From positions 1-43,830 of the forward strand of contig JAGVWJ010000002.1 in NCBI GenBank assembly GCA_018304385.1: a stretch of 43,830 nucleotides of DNA, given 5' to 3'. The DNA comes from Candidatus Micrarchaeota archaeon. Its GTDB lineage: Archaea; Micrarchaeota; Micrarchaeia; Anstonellales; Bilamarchaeaceae. The translations under genes were made by a program, and so were the position numbers. The notes under the pieces were generated by a model, which was given only the letters and a program-made list of their open reading frames with translations, was not told the origin of the DNA and made no database searches. Numbering within the stretch: the first letter of the stretch is position 1; each line of letters starts with the position of its first letter. Below are positions 35,419-43,830 of this stretch, piece by piece.

Positions 35419-38235
35419 ATGTTATTTATGGATTTTACTACTATTGAGCATACTTGGCGCCAGACTTGGGAGCACGAGCACGTTTTCGAACCAGAACCTG
35501 CAAAAGGCAAAAAGAAATTTGTTACTGCTGCATTTCCATATCCGAACTCGCCGCAGCATATAGGCCACGGCAGAACGTATACTACGTTAGATATATACGC
35601 GCGCTATTTGCGCATGCTTGACTACAATGTACTATTTCCAATGGGATTTCATGTAACTGGCACGCCTATTATTGCAATGGCAAAGCGCATAGCAGATCGC
35701 GACCCAGAAGTATTAGAAATATTTGAAAAAATTTATGGAATTGATCGAGCCACAAGCCAAAAGCTAACCGCGCCAGAGCAATTAGTTATGTATTTCTCAA
35801 AAGAAATAGAACAAGGCATGCATGAAATGGGGTATAGTATTGATTGGCGCCGCAAGTTCTATAGCTTTGATAAGAAATTTAATCGATTTATCCAATGGCA
35901 GTTCCACAAACTAAAACAGCTTGGCTATATTGTACAAGGCGAGCATCCGATTGCATGGTGCCCAAGTGATAAGCAGGCAGTTGGCGGACATGATACGCGC
36001 GGGGATGTTGACCCAGAGTTAAAGGAATTTACTACAATAAAATTTCGCTTTGAAGATGGTTTCTTGCTTACAGCTACTTTAAGACCAGAGACAATTTATG
36101 GTGTAACAAACATCTGGATAAATCCCGATCTTTTGTATGTAAAAGCAAAAAGCGGGAAGAATGGTGAGATATATTATATCTCAAAAAAAGCATATGAAAA
36201 GATGAACTGGCAGGGGTTTGAACTTAAAATCCTCGAGGAGTTTATTGGAAGCAAACTGCTAAATAAAACGTCAAAAAATCTTGTAATGGAAAATTCTCTG
36301 CATACCGAATATTATGATGAAGCATTTGTGGAGATACCTCTTTATCCTGCGCCATATGTAAAGGATGATACTGGAACTGGTGTGGTTATGAGCGTACCAT
36401 CTCATGCACCATATGATCATATTGCACTTTTAGACATGGGAATAAAACTAGATTACACACAGATAATCAAGGTTGAAGGATATGGATTTATGGCGCAAGA
36501 GCTTATCGAGCAGCGCGGAATAAAAAACCAGCATGATCAAAAACTAGAAGATATTGTCAAGGAAGTTTATAAAAAAGAGATTCTAACTGGGGTAATGGTT
36601 GCTGGCCCATTTAAAGGCGAACGTGTTTCAGTAGCAATTGAAAAAACGAAAAAGGATTTATTTGATAAAAATTTTGCTATTAGATTTCTGGAGATAGATA
36701 ATAAACCTGTTTATTGCCGCTGTGGAAGCGAGGTTGTTGCAACTGTTCTCAAAAATCAATGGTTTATTGATTATGGAAATGAAAAATGGAAAAATACAGC
36801 GAAGCAATGCTTAGAGCATATGAAAATAATTCCTGAAAAATCACGTGGTGAATATTTATACGCAATAGACTGGTTTAAGCAAAAGGCATGCGCACGCGCT
36901 AGCGGTTTAGGTACCAGATTCCCTTTTGATGAAAAATTAATGATAGAAGCGCTTAGCGATTCTACTATTTATATGGCATTTTATACGATTTCGCATTTGT
37001 TGGATGGCATAGATGAAAAAGAAATGAATGAAGAATTCTTTGATTATGTTCTTTTAGGAAAAGAGCCAAAAAACAAAAAGCTAAAGGCTAATTGCCAAAG
37101 GCTAAGAGCAAGCTTTTTATACTGGTATCCTTGTGATTCACGCCACAGCGCTGGAGACTTAATCCGAAATCATTTGCCATTTTATATTTTCAATCATGTT
37201 GCAATTTTTCCAAAAGAGCATTGGCCAAAGCAAATAGTAACTAATGGATTTGTATTAATGGACGGCAAGAAAATGAGCAAAAGCATGGGAAATATATTGC
37301 CATTACGAAAAGCAATACGCGAATATGGCGCTGATGTTATAAGATTTTCAATAGTTAGCGGTGCAGATTTAACACAGGATACTGATTTTAATAAAAGCGT
37401 TGCAGAAGGAACTAAAACTAGATTGGAATTCATAGCGAGGTTAGTTGAAGAAACTGCTAGTGGCAAGTGGCAGGTAGCTGTTAGCCACGAGCCAAAAGCC
37501 AATAGCCAAAAGCCAATAGATAACTGGCTCCAATCCCGTTTAAACAAAAAAATAAAATTAGCCAAAGAATATTACGAAAAATTTGCAATACGCGAGCTCG
37601 CATTGGAAATTTTTTATGATCTAGTAAATGATTTGCACTGGTATATTAAACGTACTAATCAACCACAGTTAAAAGATTTTCTCAAAACATGGTCTTTGCT
37701 TATTGCGCCATTTATGCCTTATGTTGCAGAGGAATTCTGGCATAAGCTAGGTGGCAAGGGGTTAGTTGTAAGTGCAAAATTTCCAAAAGCAGATGATAAA
37801 AAAATTGATGAAACTGCAGAAATGGGCGAGAACCTAGTAAAAGAAACATTAGCTGATATTGAAAATGTTATTAAGCTCATAGGCAAACAACCTCAGAATA
37901 TTTACATTTATGTCGCAGGTGCATGGAAACACAAGCTTTACGAAATGATAAAAAAAGAAAAGGCATTTGATAAAGTAATGAAACTCGCTGCTCAAGACCC
38001 AGAACTCAAAACAATAATGAATGATGTTCAACGCGTTACTAAGCAGCTAATTAAAAATGCGCATTCACTACCTGAAACGCTGAGCGAAAAAGGAGAGCTT
38101 GTAGCCCTACAAGATGCTATTACATTTTTTGAGCGAGAATTAAAATGCAAAATATTCTTATTACATGATAAGGATGGAAAACACGAAAAATCTAAAAATG
38201 CATTACCAAATAAGCCAGCTATTATGCTGGAGTAA
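35419..38235 (+). CDS. leuS: Leucyl-tRNA synthetase, archaeal type
   Basis: AFPYPN..QHIGH, GFHVTGTPI, ATLRPET, GTGVVMSVPSHAPYD, KMSKSMGN. Confidence 0.95.
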   Translation: MLFMDFTTIEHTWRQTWEHEHVFEPEPAKGKKKFVTAAFPYPNSPQHIGHGRTYTTLDIYARYLRMLDYNVLFPMGFHVTGTPIIAMAKRIADRDPEVLEIFEKIYGIDRATSQKLTAPEQLVMYFSKEIEQGMHEMGYSIDWRRKFYSFDKKFNRFIQWQFHKLKQLGYIVQGEHPIAWCPSDKQAVGGHDTRGDVDPELKEFTTIKFRFEDGFLLTATLRPETIYGVTNIWINPDLLYVKAKSGKNGEIYYISKKAYEKMNWQGFELKILEEFIGSKLLNKTSKNLVMENSLHTEYYDEAFVEIPLYPAPYVKDDTGTGVVMSVPSHAPYDHIALLDMGIKLDYTQIIKVEGYGFMAQELIEQRGIKNQHDQKLEDIVKEVYKKEILTGVMVAGPFKGERVSVAIEKTKKDLFDKNFAIRFLEIDNKPVYCRCGSEVVATVLKNQWFIDYGNEKWKNTAKQCLEHMKIIPEKSRGEYLYAIDWFKQKACARASGLGTRFPFDEKLMIEALSDSTIYMAFYTISHLLDGIDEKEMNEEFFDYVLLGKEPKNKKLKANCQRLRASFLYWYPCDSRHSAGDLIRNHLPFYIFNHVAIFPKEHWPKQIVTNGFVLMDGKKMSKSMGNILPLRKAIREYGADVIRFSIVSGADLTQDTDFNKSVAEGTKTRLEFIARLVEETASGKWQVAVSHEPKANSQKPIDNWLQSRLNKKIKLAKEYYEKFAIRELALEIFYDLVNDLHWYIKRTNQPQLKDFLKTWSLLIAPFMPYVAEEFWHKLGGKGLVVSAKFPKADDKKIDETAEMGENLVKETLADIENVIKLIGKQPQNIYIYVAGAWKHKLYEMIKKEKAFDKVMKLAAQDPELKTIMNDVQRVTKQLIKNAHSLPETLSEKGELVALQDAITFFERELKCKIFLLHDKDGKHEKSKNALPNKPAIMLE
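37063..37112. repeat. Heptamer tract in frame within leuS
   Basis: aagctaa aggctaa ttgccaa aggctaa gagcaag, encoding KLKANCQRL. Confidence 0.75.
37454..37519. repeat. Palindromic heptamer tract (9 units) in frame within leuS
   Basis: ctgctag tggcaag tggcagg tagctgt tagccac gagccaa aagccaa tagccaa aagccaa tag. Confidence 0.9.
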
Positions 38236-38266
38236 TCAAATTGTTTATACTGTGTGAATACTATAT

Positions 38267-39127
38267 TCACGCAGCGTGAACATGATTTAATCTCCTTAGA
38301 AGCGCTTCAGTGAGCTGAATAGCAGCAGTTGCTGACTCTCTAATTAGAACATCGTAAAGTTTCAAACTTAATGATATCTTTTCTAATGTGTTCGGAACCT
38401 GCCCAACGAATAAGATGCCAAAAGAGCATGATAGCATCTCTAATGCATCTAAAACATCATTAGATAGAACTGCTGTTCGTAAAGGATCAAACTGCAAACC
38501 CATTGCAGAGAAGAGTTCTGCTGTTGCAGTAACCTTAGTTCTATTAACTGCTCCATTAGTTTGCGAATCTTCAGCCCCAATCAATGTTTTAAATCCAACA
38601 AACTTTCCGTCTTCAAATCTTTCTTCGCTGCCAACTGCATAATCAAATCCAAATGTTCTAGCAATCCATTCGGCACTTAACTTGCTTGCACGTGTTGCTA
38701 CAACCAATTTTACATTATGCATTGCTCTTAATCGCGTTAATGCAGCTATGATGTCAAATCTAAAACCAGAATCTTTTCCTATGTCTTCCATTAATGTTGC
38801 CCAATCACTTTGCCTAAAACCACGAGAGTATAACTCATTAAAAACTATGAATGGCATTTCACTTAGAGATACTTCGCCTCTTCTAAATTTTAATAAAAAG
38901 CTTCTTGTAATTTTATCTGCTTCTTTTGGACCGCAAAGTTTTTGCAAGGCGAGCTTAGGTGAATCTTCCATAGTAAGAGTACGATCAATATCAACGATAA
39001 TAGTATCTATCTTTGGTGCACGATTTGCTGCTGCATTTGCAATTATTCTTCTTATTGCAAAGTGTGGTGCTGCAATCGCTGCTGCTAAAAATGGCCTAGA
39101 GTTTGGACTGGGATAAAAAGAGTTCAT
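38267..39127 (-). CDS. HAD-superfamily hydrolase (phosphoserine phosphatase-like), atypical motif IV
   Basis: IIVDIDRTLT (DxDxT), VVATRA, FGFDY..G.E....DG.F.G, Lys in NRTKV, SNDVLD in place of GD..ND. Confidence 0.65.
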   Translation of the reverse strand: MNSFYPSPNSRPFLAAAIAAPHFAIRRIIANAAANRAPKIDTIIVDIDRTLTMEDSPKLALQKLCGPKEADKITRSFLLKFRRGEVSLSEMPFIVFNELYSRGFRQSDWATLMEDIGKDSGFRFDIIAALTRLRAMHNVKLVVATRASKLSAEWIARTFGFDYAVGSEERFEDGKFVGFKTLIGAEDSQTNGAVNRTKVTATAELFSAMGLQFDPLRTAVLSNDVLDALEMLSCSFGILFVGQVPNTLEKISLSLKLYDVLIRESATAAIQLTEALLRRLNHVHAA

Positions 39128-39178
39128 AAAATAGTATTAACTTAAAAGTTTAAATATTGGTGTTTCATCTATTATGCT

Positions 39179-40063
39179 ATGACAACTTTACTCGATCTAC
39201 TAAAATCAAAAATTCCTAAAAGCAAACTGCAATTTGCACCACGCTCTTTTGATCTAATTGGCAGCATGGCAATAGTTGAAATAAAGGATGAAGTTAAAAA
39301 ATATGAAAAGCAAATTGCAAATGCAATAATGCAACTGCATAAGCCGATCAGAACGGTTGTGAAAAAATCAAGCGCAATGAAAGGCGAGTATCGTGTCCGT
39401 AGGGTAAAGATAATTGCTGGGGGGAAAAGTACTGAAACTATTTATCGTGAGCATAATGTAGCCATGAGATTTGATGTTGCAAAAACATATTTCTCTGTTC
39501 GCTTAAGTCATGAACGTGAACGCGTTGCTGCATTGGTTAAAAATAAAGAAAATGTTTTAGTAATGTTTGCAGGTGTTGGACCATTTGCATTGGTTATTGC
39601 CAAGAAGCATCCTAAAGCAAATGTTATTGGAATAGAAAAAAACCCTGCTGCCGCGAAATATTTTGAGGAAAATATTAAATTGAATAAATTGCAAAATTGC
39701 AAAGCGATTCGAGGAGATGTGAGAAAGGTTATTGCAATTGGCAGTTGGCCGTTGGCTAGTGGCCAAAAGCTAAAAGCCAATAGCCAAAGGCTAATTAGCT
39801 GGGCAGATAGAATTCTTATGCCGTTGCCAAAAAGCGCTGAAAACTTTTTAGATGTTGCTTTTAAGGCTGCGAAAAATAATTGTGTTATTCATTTCTATAA
39901 TTTTGGAGCTGATGAAAATGTCTTTGAGCAAGTTAGAGAAAAAATAAATAAAGCTGCGAAAAAATGCAATGTTAAAATAAAAATTCTAAATGAAAAAATT
40001 GTTAGACCGTACGCACCACATATAGTGCAGGTTTGTATAGATTTTAAAGTAAATAAAAATTAG
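39179..40063 (+). CDS. trm5: Trm5/Met10-family SAM-dependent tRNA methyltransferase, lacking a full D1 domain
   Basis: PRSFDLIG..AIVEI, GE.RVR....IAG...TET..REH, YFSVRLS.ER, MFAGVGPFA, N..LNK, ILMPLPKSA, IHFY.F. Confidence 0.85.
   Translation: MTTLLDLLKSKIPKSKLQFAPRSFDLIGSMAIVEIKDEVKKYEKQIANAIMQLHKPIRTVVKKSSAMKGEYRVRRVKIIAGGKSTETIYREHNVAMRFDVAKTYFSVRLSHERERVAALVKNKENVLVMFAGVGPFALVIAKKHPKANVIGIEKNPAAAKYFEENIKLNKLQNCKAIRGDVRKVIAIGSWPLASGQKLKANSQRLISWADRILMPLPKSAENFLDVAFKAAKNNCVIHFYNFGADENVFEQVREKINKAAKKCNVKIKILNEKIVRPYAPHIVQVCIDFKVNKN
39732..39794. repeat. Palindromic heptamer tract (9 units) in frame within trm5
   Basis: ttgcaat tggcagt tggccgt tggctag tggccaa aagctaa aagccaa tagccaa aggctaa. 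Confidence 0.9.
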
Positions 40064-40069
40064 AAAAAA

Positions 40070-40166
40070 TTAGGATCGCATTGAACGGATATTTCCAATC
40101 CTGCGGAAACCGGCGCATCCGATTACATTGGTATAGACCGGCTGCTTCCGTTGTTCACGACCCTAA
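40070..40166 (-). ncRNA. Candidate structured non-coding RNA of unknown family
   Basis: GC-rich island; closing stem UUAGGGUCG/CGAUCCUAA with a G-U pair on the minus strand; upstream TTTAAATA (40198-40205); downstream U6 (40064-40069). Confidence 0.6.
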
Positions 40167-40227
40167 TCGAATCGCTTATTAAGATACTGATTTTGAGTAT
40201 TTAAATGTTTCTAAAAATAGTTAGACA

Positions 40228-40260
40228 AGTGGCTAATATTAGACACGCGTCTAAGCCACT
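40228..40260 (-). terminator. Hairpin after the presenilin-like gene
   Basis: agtggct/agccact outer stem and tagac/gtcta inner stem. Confidence 0.35.
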
Positions 40261-40267
40261 CTCAATC

Positions 40268-40951
40268 TTAGTAAAAGCCTAACAACCTGCCCAATATAAA
40301 GAACACAAGCATACCTAGCGTAATAGGCGGAAGTGCAGGAAGAATTACCTTTTTGCGCATTGCAAAGTACATTAGCAAGACTATCGAAACAATGGATCCA
40401 ATGAAAATAAACAGCGACGCCATTGGGGAAAGAGATAGCGCAGAAACATCAAACATTACTGGTGCAACAATATCCCCTGTGCCTAAATCAATACGGTTGC
40501 GCTCGCCTTTTTCTGTAAAGCGTGGTTTTCCTTCTTTAACGCTTGCACTAACTGTAAATGCAAGATCATTTTTTATAAGCACCTCGGCCATTTTCACCAT
40601 GTGCTTTGTTTTGAATACAGCAATGAAATCATAAACTGATAACAAGAGCAGCATAATTATAATTGGTAAAATTCCAAGAGAAATACCAAATATTACACCT
40701 ACCCCTCCAGTTGCAAGAATTGCTGCTGCATTCTTTAATTTTGGTAAAAAGAATTTTGCAATTGCGAATGCAATGCCTAGTGCAACAGCAAATAGTGTTG
40801 CATTTTCATAATCATTCCCTAGAGCGCGTAGCACGGCATAAAAAACGATTGAACTGGAAGTAGAAATCATCAATACTTCAAGCAATCGAAACAGCATCTC
40901 GCCTTTGTAAAATTTTATTATTGCCATTATCACAATTGCACCAATAAGCAC
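40268..40951 (-). CDS. Presenilin/SPP-like (A22, GxGD) intramembrane aspartyl protease, apparently 5'-truncated
   Basis: LSVYDFIAVF (YD), DLGTGD (GxGD), LPALPPI (PAL); frame stays open to 41050 with no start codon. Confidence 0.82.
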   Translation of the reverse strand: MLIGAIVIMAIIKFYKGEMLFRLLEVLMISTSSSIVFYAVLRALGNDYENATLFAVALGIAFAIAKFFLPKLKNAAAILATGGVGVIFGISLGILPIIIMLLLLSVYDFIAVFKTKHMVKMAEVLIKNDLAFTVSASVKEGKPRFTEKGERNRIDLGTGDIVAPVMFDVSALSLSPMASLFIFIGSIVSIVLLMYFAMRKKVILPALPPITLGMLVFFILGRLLGFY

Positions 40952-41099
40952 ATAAACAAAGAAATAAACTGCAGACCGATTAATTGAGCTAGGGTAAAAA
41001 ACAGTAATATTTGGAATAGGAGTTTCATAAGTAGATATAAAAGAGATGATTTAAGTTATTTTCCTTACATACAAATAACAGTTTATTGGGAGTGATTAA

Positions 41100-41426
41100 A
41101 TGATTTGCCCTATGTGTAATTCAAAATTAAAAAAAGGAAAGATCAAAGAAGAATACCTTGGGCATGATCTGGGAATATTTGATGGATTTACTTGCACAAA
41201 ATGCGGAGAAACCTTGTTAACTGAAGAAAGTGTAAAAAAGGCGCAGCAGAAAGCAAAAGAACTTGGAATTCTTGGATTAGCTGAAAAAACGACGATTTCA
41301 AAAAGCGGAAATTCCTTAATGGTTAGGATAAAAAAGAATGTTGCAGAATACTTGGGTCTTACAGAAGGTGAAAAAGTTATTATCCACCCAGAAGGTAAGA
41401 AAAAACTAGTTGTAGAAGTTATTTAG
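41100..41426 (+). CDS. YgiT/YokU-type zinc finger fused to an AbrB/SpoVT domain (antitoxin-like, no partner)
   Basis: CPMC...C.KCGE.LL, then KTTISKSGNSLMVRI.K.VAE.LGL.EGEKV.I; GGAGTGA RBS. Confidence 0.8.
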   Translation: MICPMCNSKLKKGKIKEEYLGHDLGIFDGFTCTKCGETLLTEESVKKAQQKAKELGILGLAEKTTISKSGNSLMVRIKKNVAEYLGLTEGEKVIIHPEGKKKLVVEVI

Positions 41427-41458
41427 TATCTTACATGCACCGAAAACTGGAAACTGTT

Positions 41459-41493
41459 TGGCTCAAAGCCCAAGGTTCATGGCCCATGGCAAT
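41459..41493. repeat. Degenerate heptamer tract (5 units) after the MCM stop codon
   Basis: tggctca aagccca aggttca tggccca tggcaat. Confidence 0.65.
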
Positions 41494-41498
41494 ATTAA

Positions 41499-43830
41499 CT
41501 ACTTTCTCCCCCCCACGAGCCGCACATGACCATGCTCCTTTTCGTATAAATCTCCACTTCTAAGCAGTTCAGCAATTAATTTTCTAGCGTCCTGTTCGAT
41601 TATTCCGTAATTGGCAGCGTCTTTTATGATTTTTTCTACATCCGCGCTATCCTCTCTAGTTAGATGATCTTTAATAATATCTAACACAGTATCAACCTTC
41701 TGCAGCTTCTCTCGCTCGGTTTTTGATTTTCCTAGAGTAACAACATCAGAATCCAATACCCCGGTCGCCCTGTCGGTCATAACCTGACGCATAACATAAT
41801 TCATAAGACCAATAGCAGTATCGGCATCTTTTTCCTCAACAGTAGCATTTAATCGCATCTTTGCATTTGCTTCAGCTAGGCGCACCAATCCTTCCAGATA
41901 ACGGGGCGTAATCGCAACTGAACCAGTATCTTTGCTGCGGCGCCTTAGATCAATATAAAAGTCTTTGATCTTGTCTATTGCAGGTTGCGTTAACTGCGGT
42001 AAAATACTTCTTCTGGCATAAGCAATATACATACGCAATAAATCTTTATCAATTAGAGGCTGTTCCTGCTCTGTTTTTTTACCCATATGAGCAGCTAGTA
42101 TATGCTGTGCTAATTTAGCATCCTTTTCTTCATCAAGAACATCTACTATTGGAAATAAAAGATCAAAACGCGAATTGTGGCAAAGAATTCCGCCAAGACC
42201 TGCTACAAAATTTTCGTCCCCCGCAACCGAAATATCATAAACGTAATGGGAAGAATCGGCAGGCTCAATTTTCTTAATTCGTGCGACACCAAGGTCCCCT
42301 TCTAAAAATCGTTGTACGAACTCCATGGTTTCTAATGCGCCCTTGGCACCATTACTGGTGGAATAAAACATTTGAAAACCACCTTTTGCAAGTATCTTTC
42401 TCTCGCTCTTTAGTATGCCTCTCTTAAACCATTTATTAACAAAAGTTCTTCCTCCCTCCCTAACAAATCCAAATGTTGCTTCGTACTCTTGAACGGAATG
42501 TGGCGTAGTAAAATAATTGAGGTGTTCAAGCCGATACGGAATTCGTGCTGATAAAAATTCGCTCCACCATCTTTCCGTCACGCTTCTTCGTTTGGATTTT
42601 GTTTCTGGCCGCAACCCTAAAAATGCCTTTGCGTAGTTAGAATCACTAATCATACGAATAGTTTTTGCGAGCTCACCAAGTGGAAGATAGGAATAAAATT
42701 TACGATTTTTAAACCGTGGGAGTTGCGGGGGAAACTAACTTATAATATCCATGTGAAGTAATTGGACGACCGTTCAGTAAAGCTGTACGCTCCTTCTCAT
42801 CTCTGCCTACCGTGCCTATGATACCACATGTAAGAAGGAGATATAAAACGTCAGAAATAAGTTCACGACTAACCGTAACTCCGGCATCTCCGTTGAACCA
42901 CGCATCTAAGAATTGTTTTTTGAGGTCTGTTGTAACATTAAATACAATATCTGGAATCTTTTTCGTGTGTGCACTGTGGCCCACGTTAAGAACGTCGTGA
43001 AGCAGATGATAGATAAGACGATTTCCGACATTTACTTTAGATGCATTTCTATCCGGCAATATACTTACCGTTTGCTTGAAAAGTGTAAAAATAATATTTT
43101 TTACTTCCTCTATAAAGTGGGTTTCTTTTTTATTGAAGCAAAAACTAAGCAAATGAGAACGAGAACTAGAAATAAATAGTGACCCTTCTGCAATATAATA
43201 TCCTAAGAGGCGTAGAAGTTCTTTGGAAACAGGAATAAAGGTTGGTACCCCGCTGGGTGATCCACCCTTGCATTTCAAGGTACAATACCTTAGCTCATCA
43301 TTTTTTAATTGATGCGCAAATTCAAGCGGTAACTTCTTGAAATTAATCCAATGTCTAGGTATCTTGCTAAGGCGCGAAAACACAGACATGGGGACATTGT
43401 GCAAGAATAATCCTCTAGTTATTTTAAGCCTAAGTAATTCATGCGCTAAATTAATTTCCGTAATCTCAATAGTGTTAGACGGCAAGCGTTTTGGAATGAT
43501 AACAAAATCTCCTTCCTTAAGCTGATCTGATGGGACCGTAACTATCTTTGAATCCCTGAAAATAAAAACGCTGTGACCAGGGGTAATTTTTATTTCCCGC
43601 CCAGATTCAAGAGTTAATTTATGCAGGGGTTTTTCGTAGGTGTGTCTAAAAACATAAGTAATCGGCCTCCAGTTTATTTTGAGCGTTTCTTGGTCAAAGG
43701 CAAGCACTTCGACCTTTTCTGCTGGTTTTGGTATTCCGTGTTCATCTTTAGAATAATACAAATCAATAAATTTACCAATCTTAATTGTTTTAATCCGGTC
43801 ATTTTGTTTTATAAGAATTGGTTCGTCGTA
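41499..43830 (-). CDS. mcm: MCM replicative helicase, 3' part (partial), intein-interrupted and frameshifted
   Basis: C-extein 41499-42173: SRFDLLF (Arg finger), LRMYIAYAR, ITPRYLEGLVRLAEA.AK.RL, winged-helix tail. Confidence 0.92.
42174..43830 (-). mobile_element. Intein with LAGLIDADG homing endonuclease, inserted before the MCM SRF motif (N-terminus just outside the window)
   Basis: YDEPILI (post block A), ITPGHSVF (block B), LLGYYIAEGS and FLDAWFNGDAG (LAGLIDADG), VYDISV..ENF (block F), CHN|S junction; +1 frameshift at 42727-42734. Confidence 0.92.

Noticed and set aside
40070-40175. Possible tRNA, SRP RNA, 5S rRNA or pistol ribozyme call
   Set aside because: No cloverleaf or T-loop pairing, SRP motifs are in reverse order, the 5S loop C consensus is absent, and no pistol P3/GU follows CCUAA; kept as an unassigned ncRNA.
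1598-43525. Numerous 60-190 aa antisense or alternate-frame ORFs in the track (e.g. 13224-13802, 7620-8039, 38682-39116, 16568-16957)
   Set aside because: They lie entirely within well-supported genes and show no motifs; treated as shadow ORFs.
41499-43830. Interpretation as a naturally split intein gene pair
   Set aside because: The two frames overlap by a clean single-base shift at a homopolymer and there is no clear RBS before ATG 42653; a frameshift explains it better, though trans-splicing is not excluded.

Overview
AT-rich archaeal chromosomal window. Archaeal-type DnaG, LeuRS, AspRS, MCM, CarS, HARP and Pab1020-type RNA ligase are present, with TATA boxes about 23 nt upstream of ATGs and GGTGA-like RBSs. 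A DPANN/Micrarchaeota-like host is inferred from the style of the accessory genes, not proven. Housekeeping genes are interleaved with three toxin-antitoxin pairs plus an orphan antitoxin-like gene, a five-gene class III signal peptide (type IV pilin-like) operon, an ABC exporter, and an operon of six paralogous multi-pass membrane proteins that I infer to be VirB6/CedA-like, the first carrying a VirB2-pilin-like N-terminal module. Signals not explained by the ORF track: (1) about 10 dispersed, often palindromic, degenerate 7-nt-period repeat tracts, some inserted in frame in LeuRS, Trm5 and a pilin signal peptide; (2) a ~240-nt highly structured leader whose 13-nt segment can pair with the start region of an ArsR-like gene; (3) a ~97-nt candidate ncRNA with its own TATA box and U-tract; (4) two TA cassettes bounded by direct repeats; (5) an MCM intein broken by a +1 frameshift; (6) a TRAM-domain pseudogene relic. 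No tRNA, rRNA, CRISPR array or transposase was recognised. All family calls come from motif recognition by eye.
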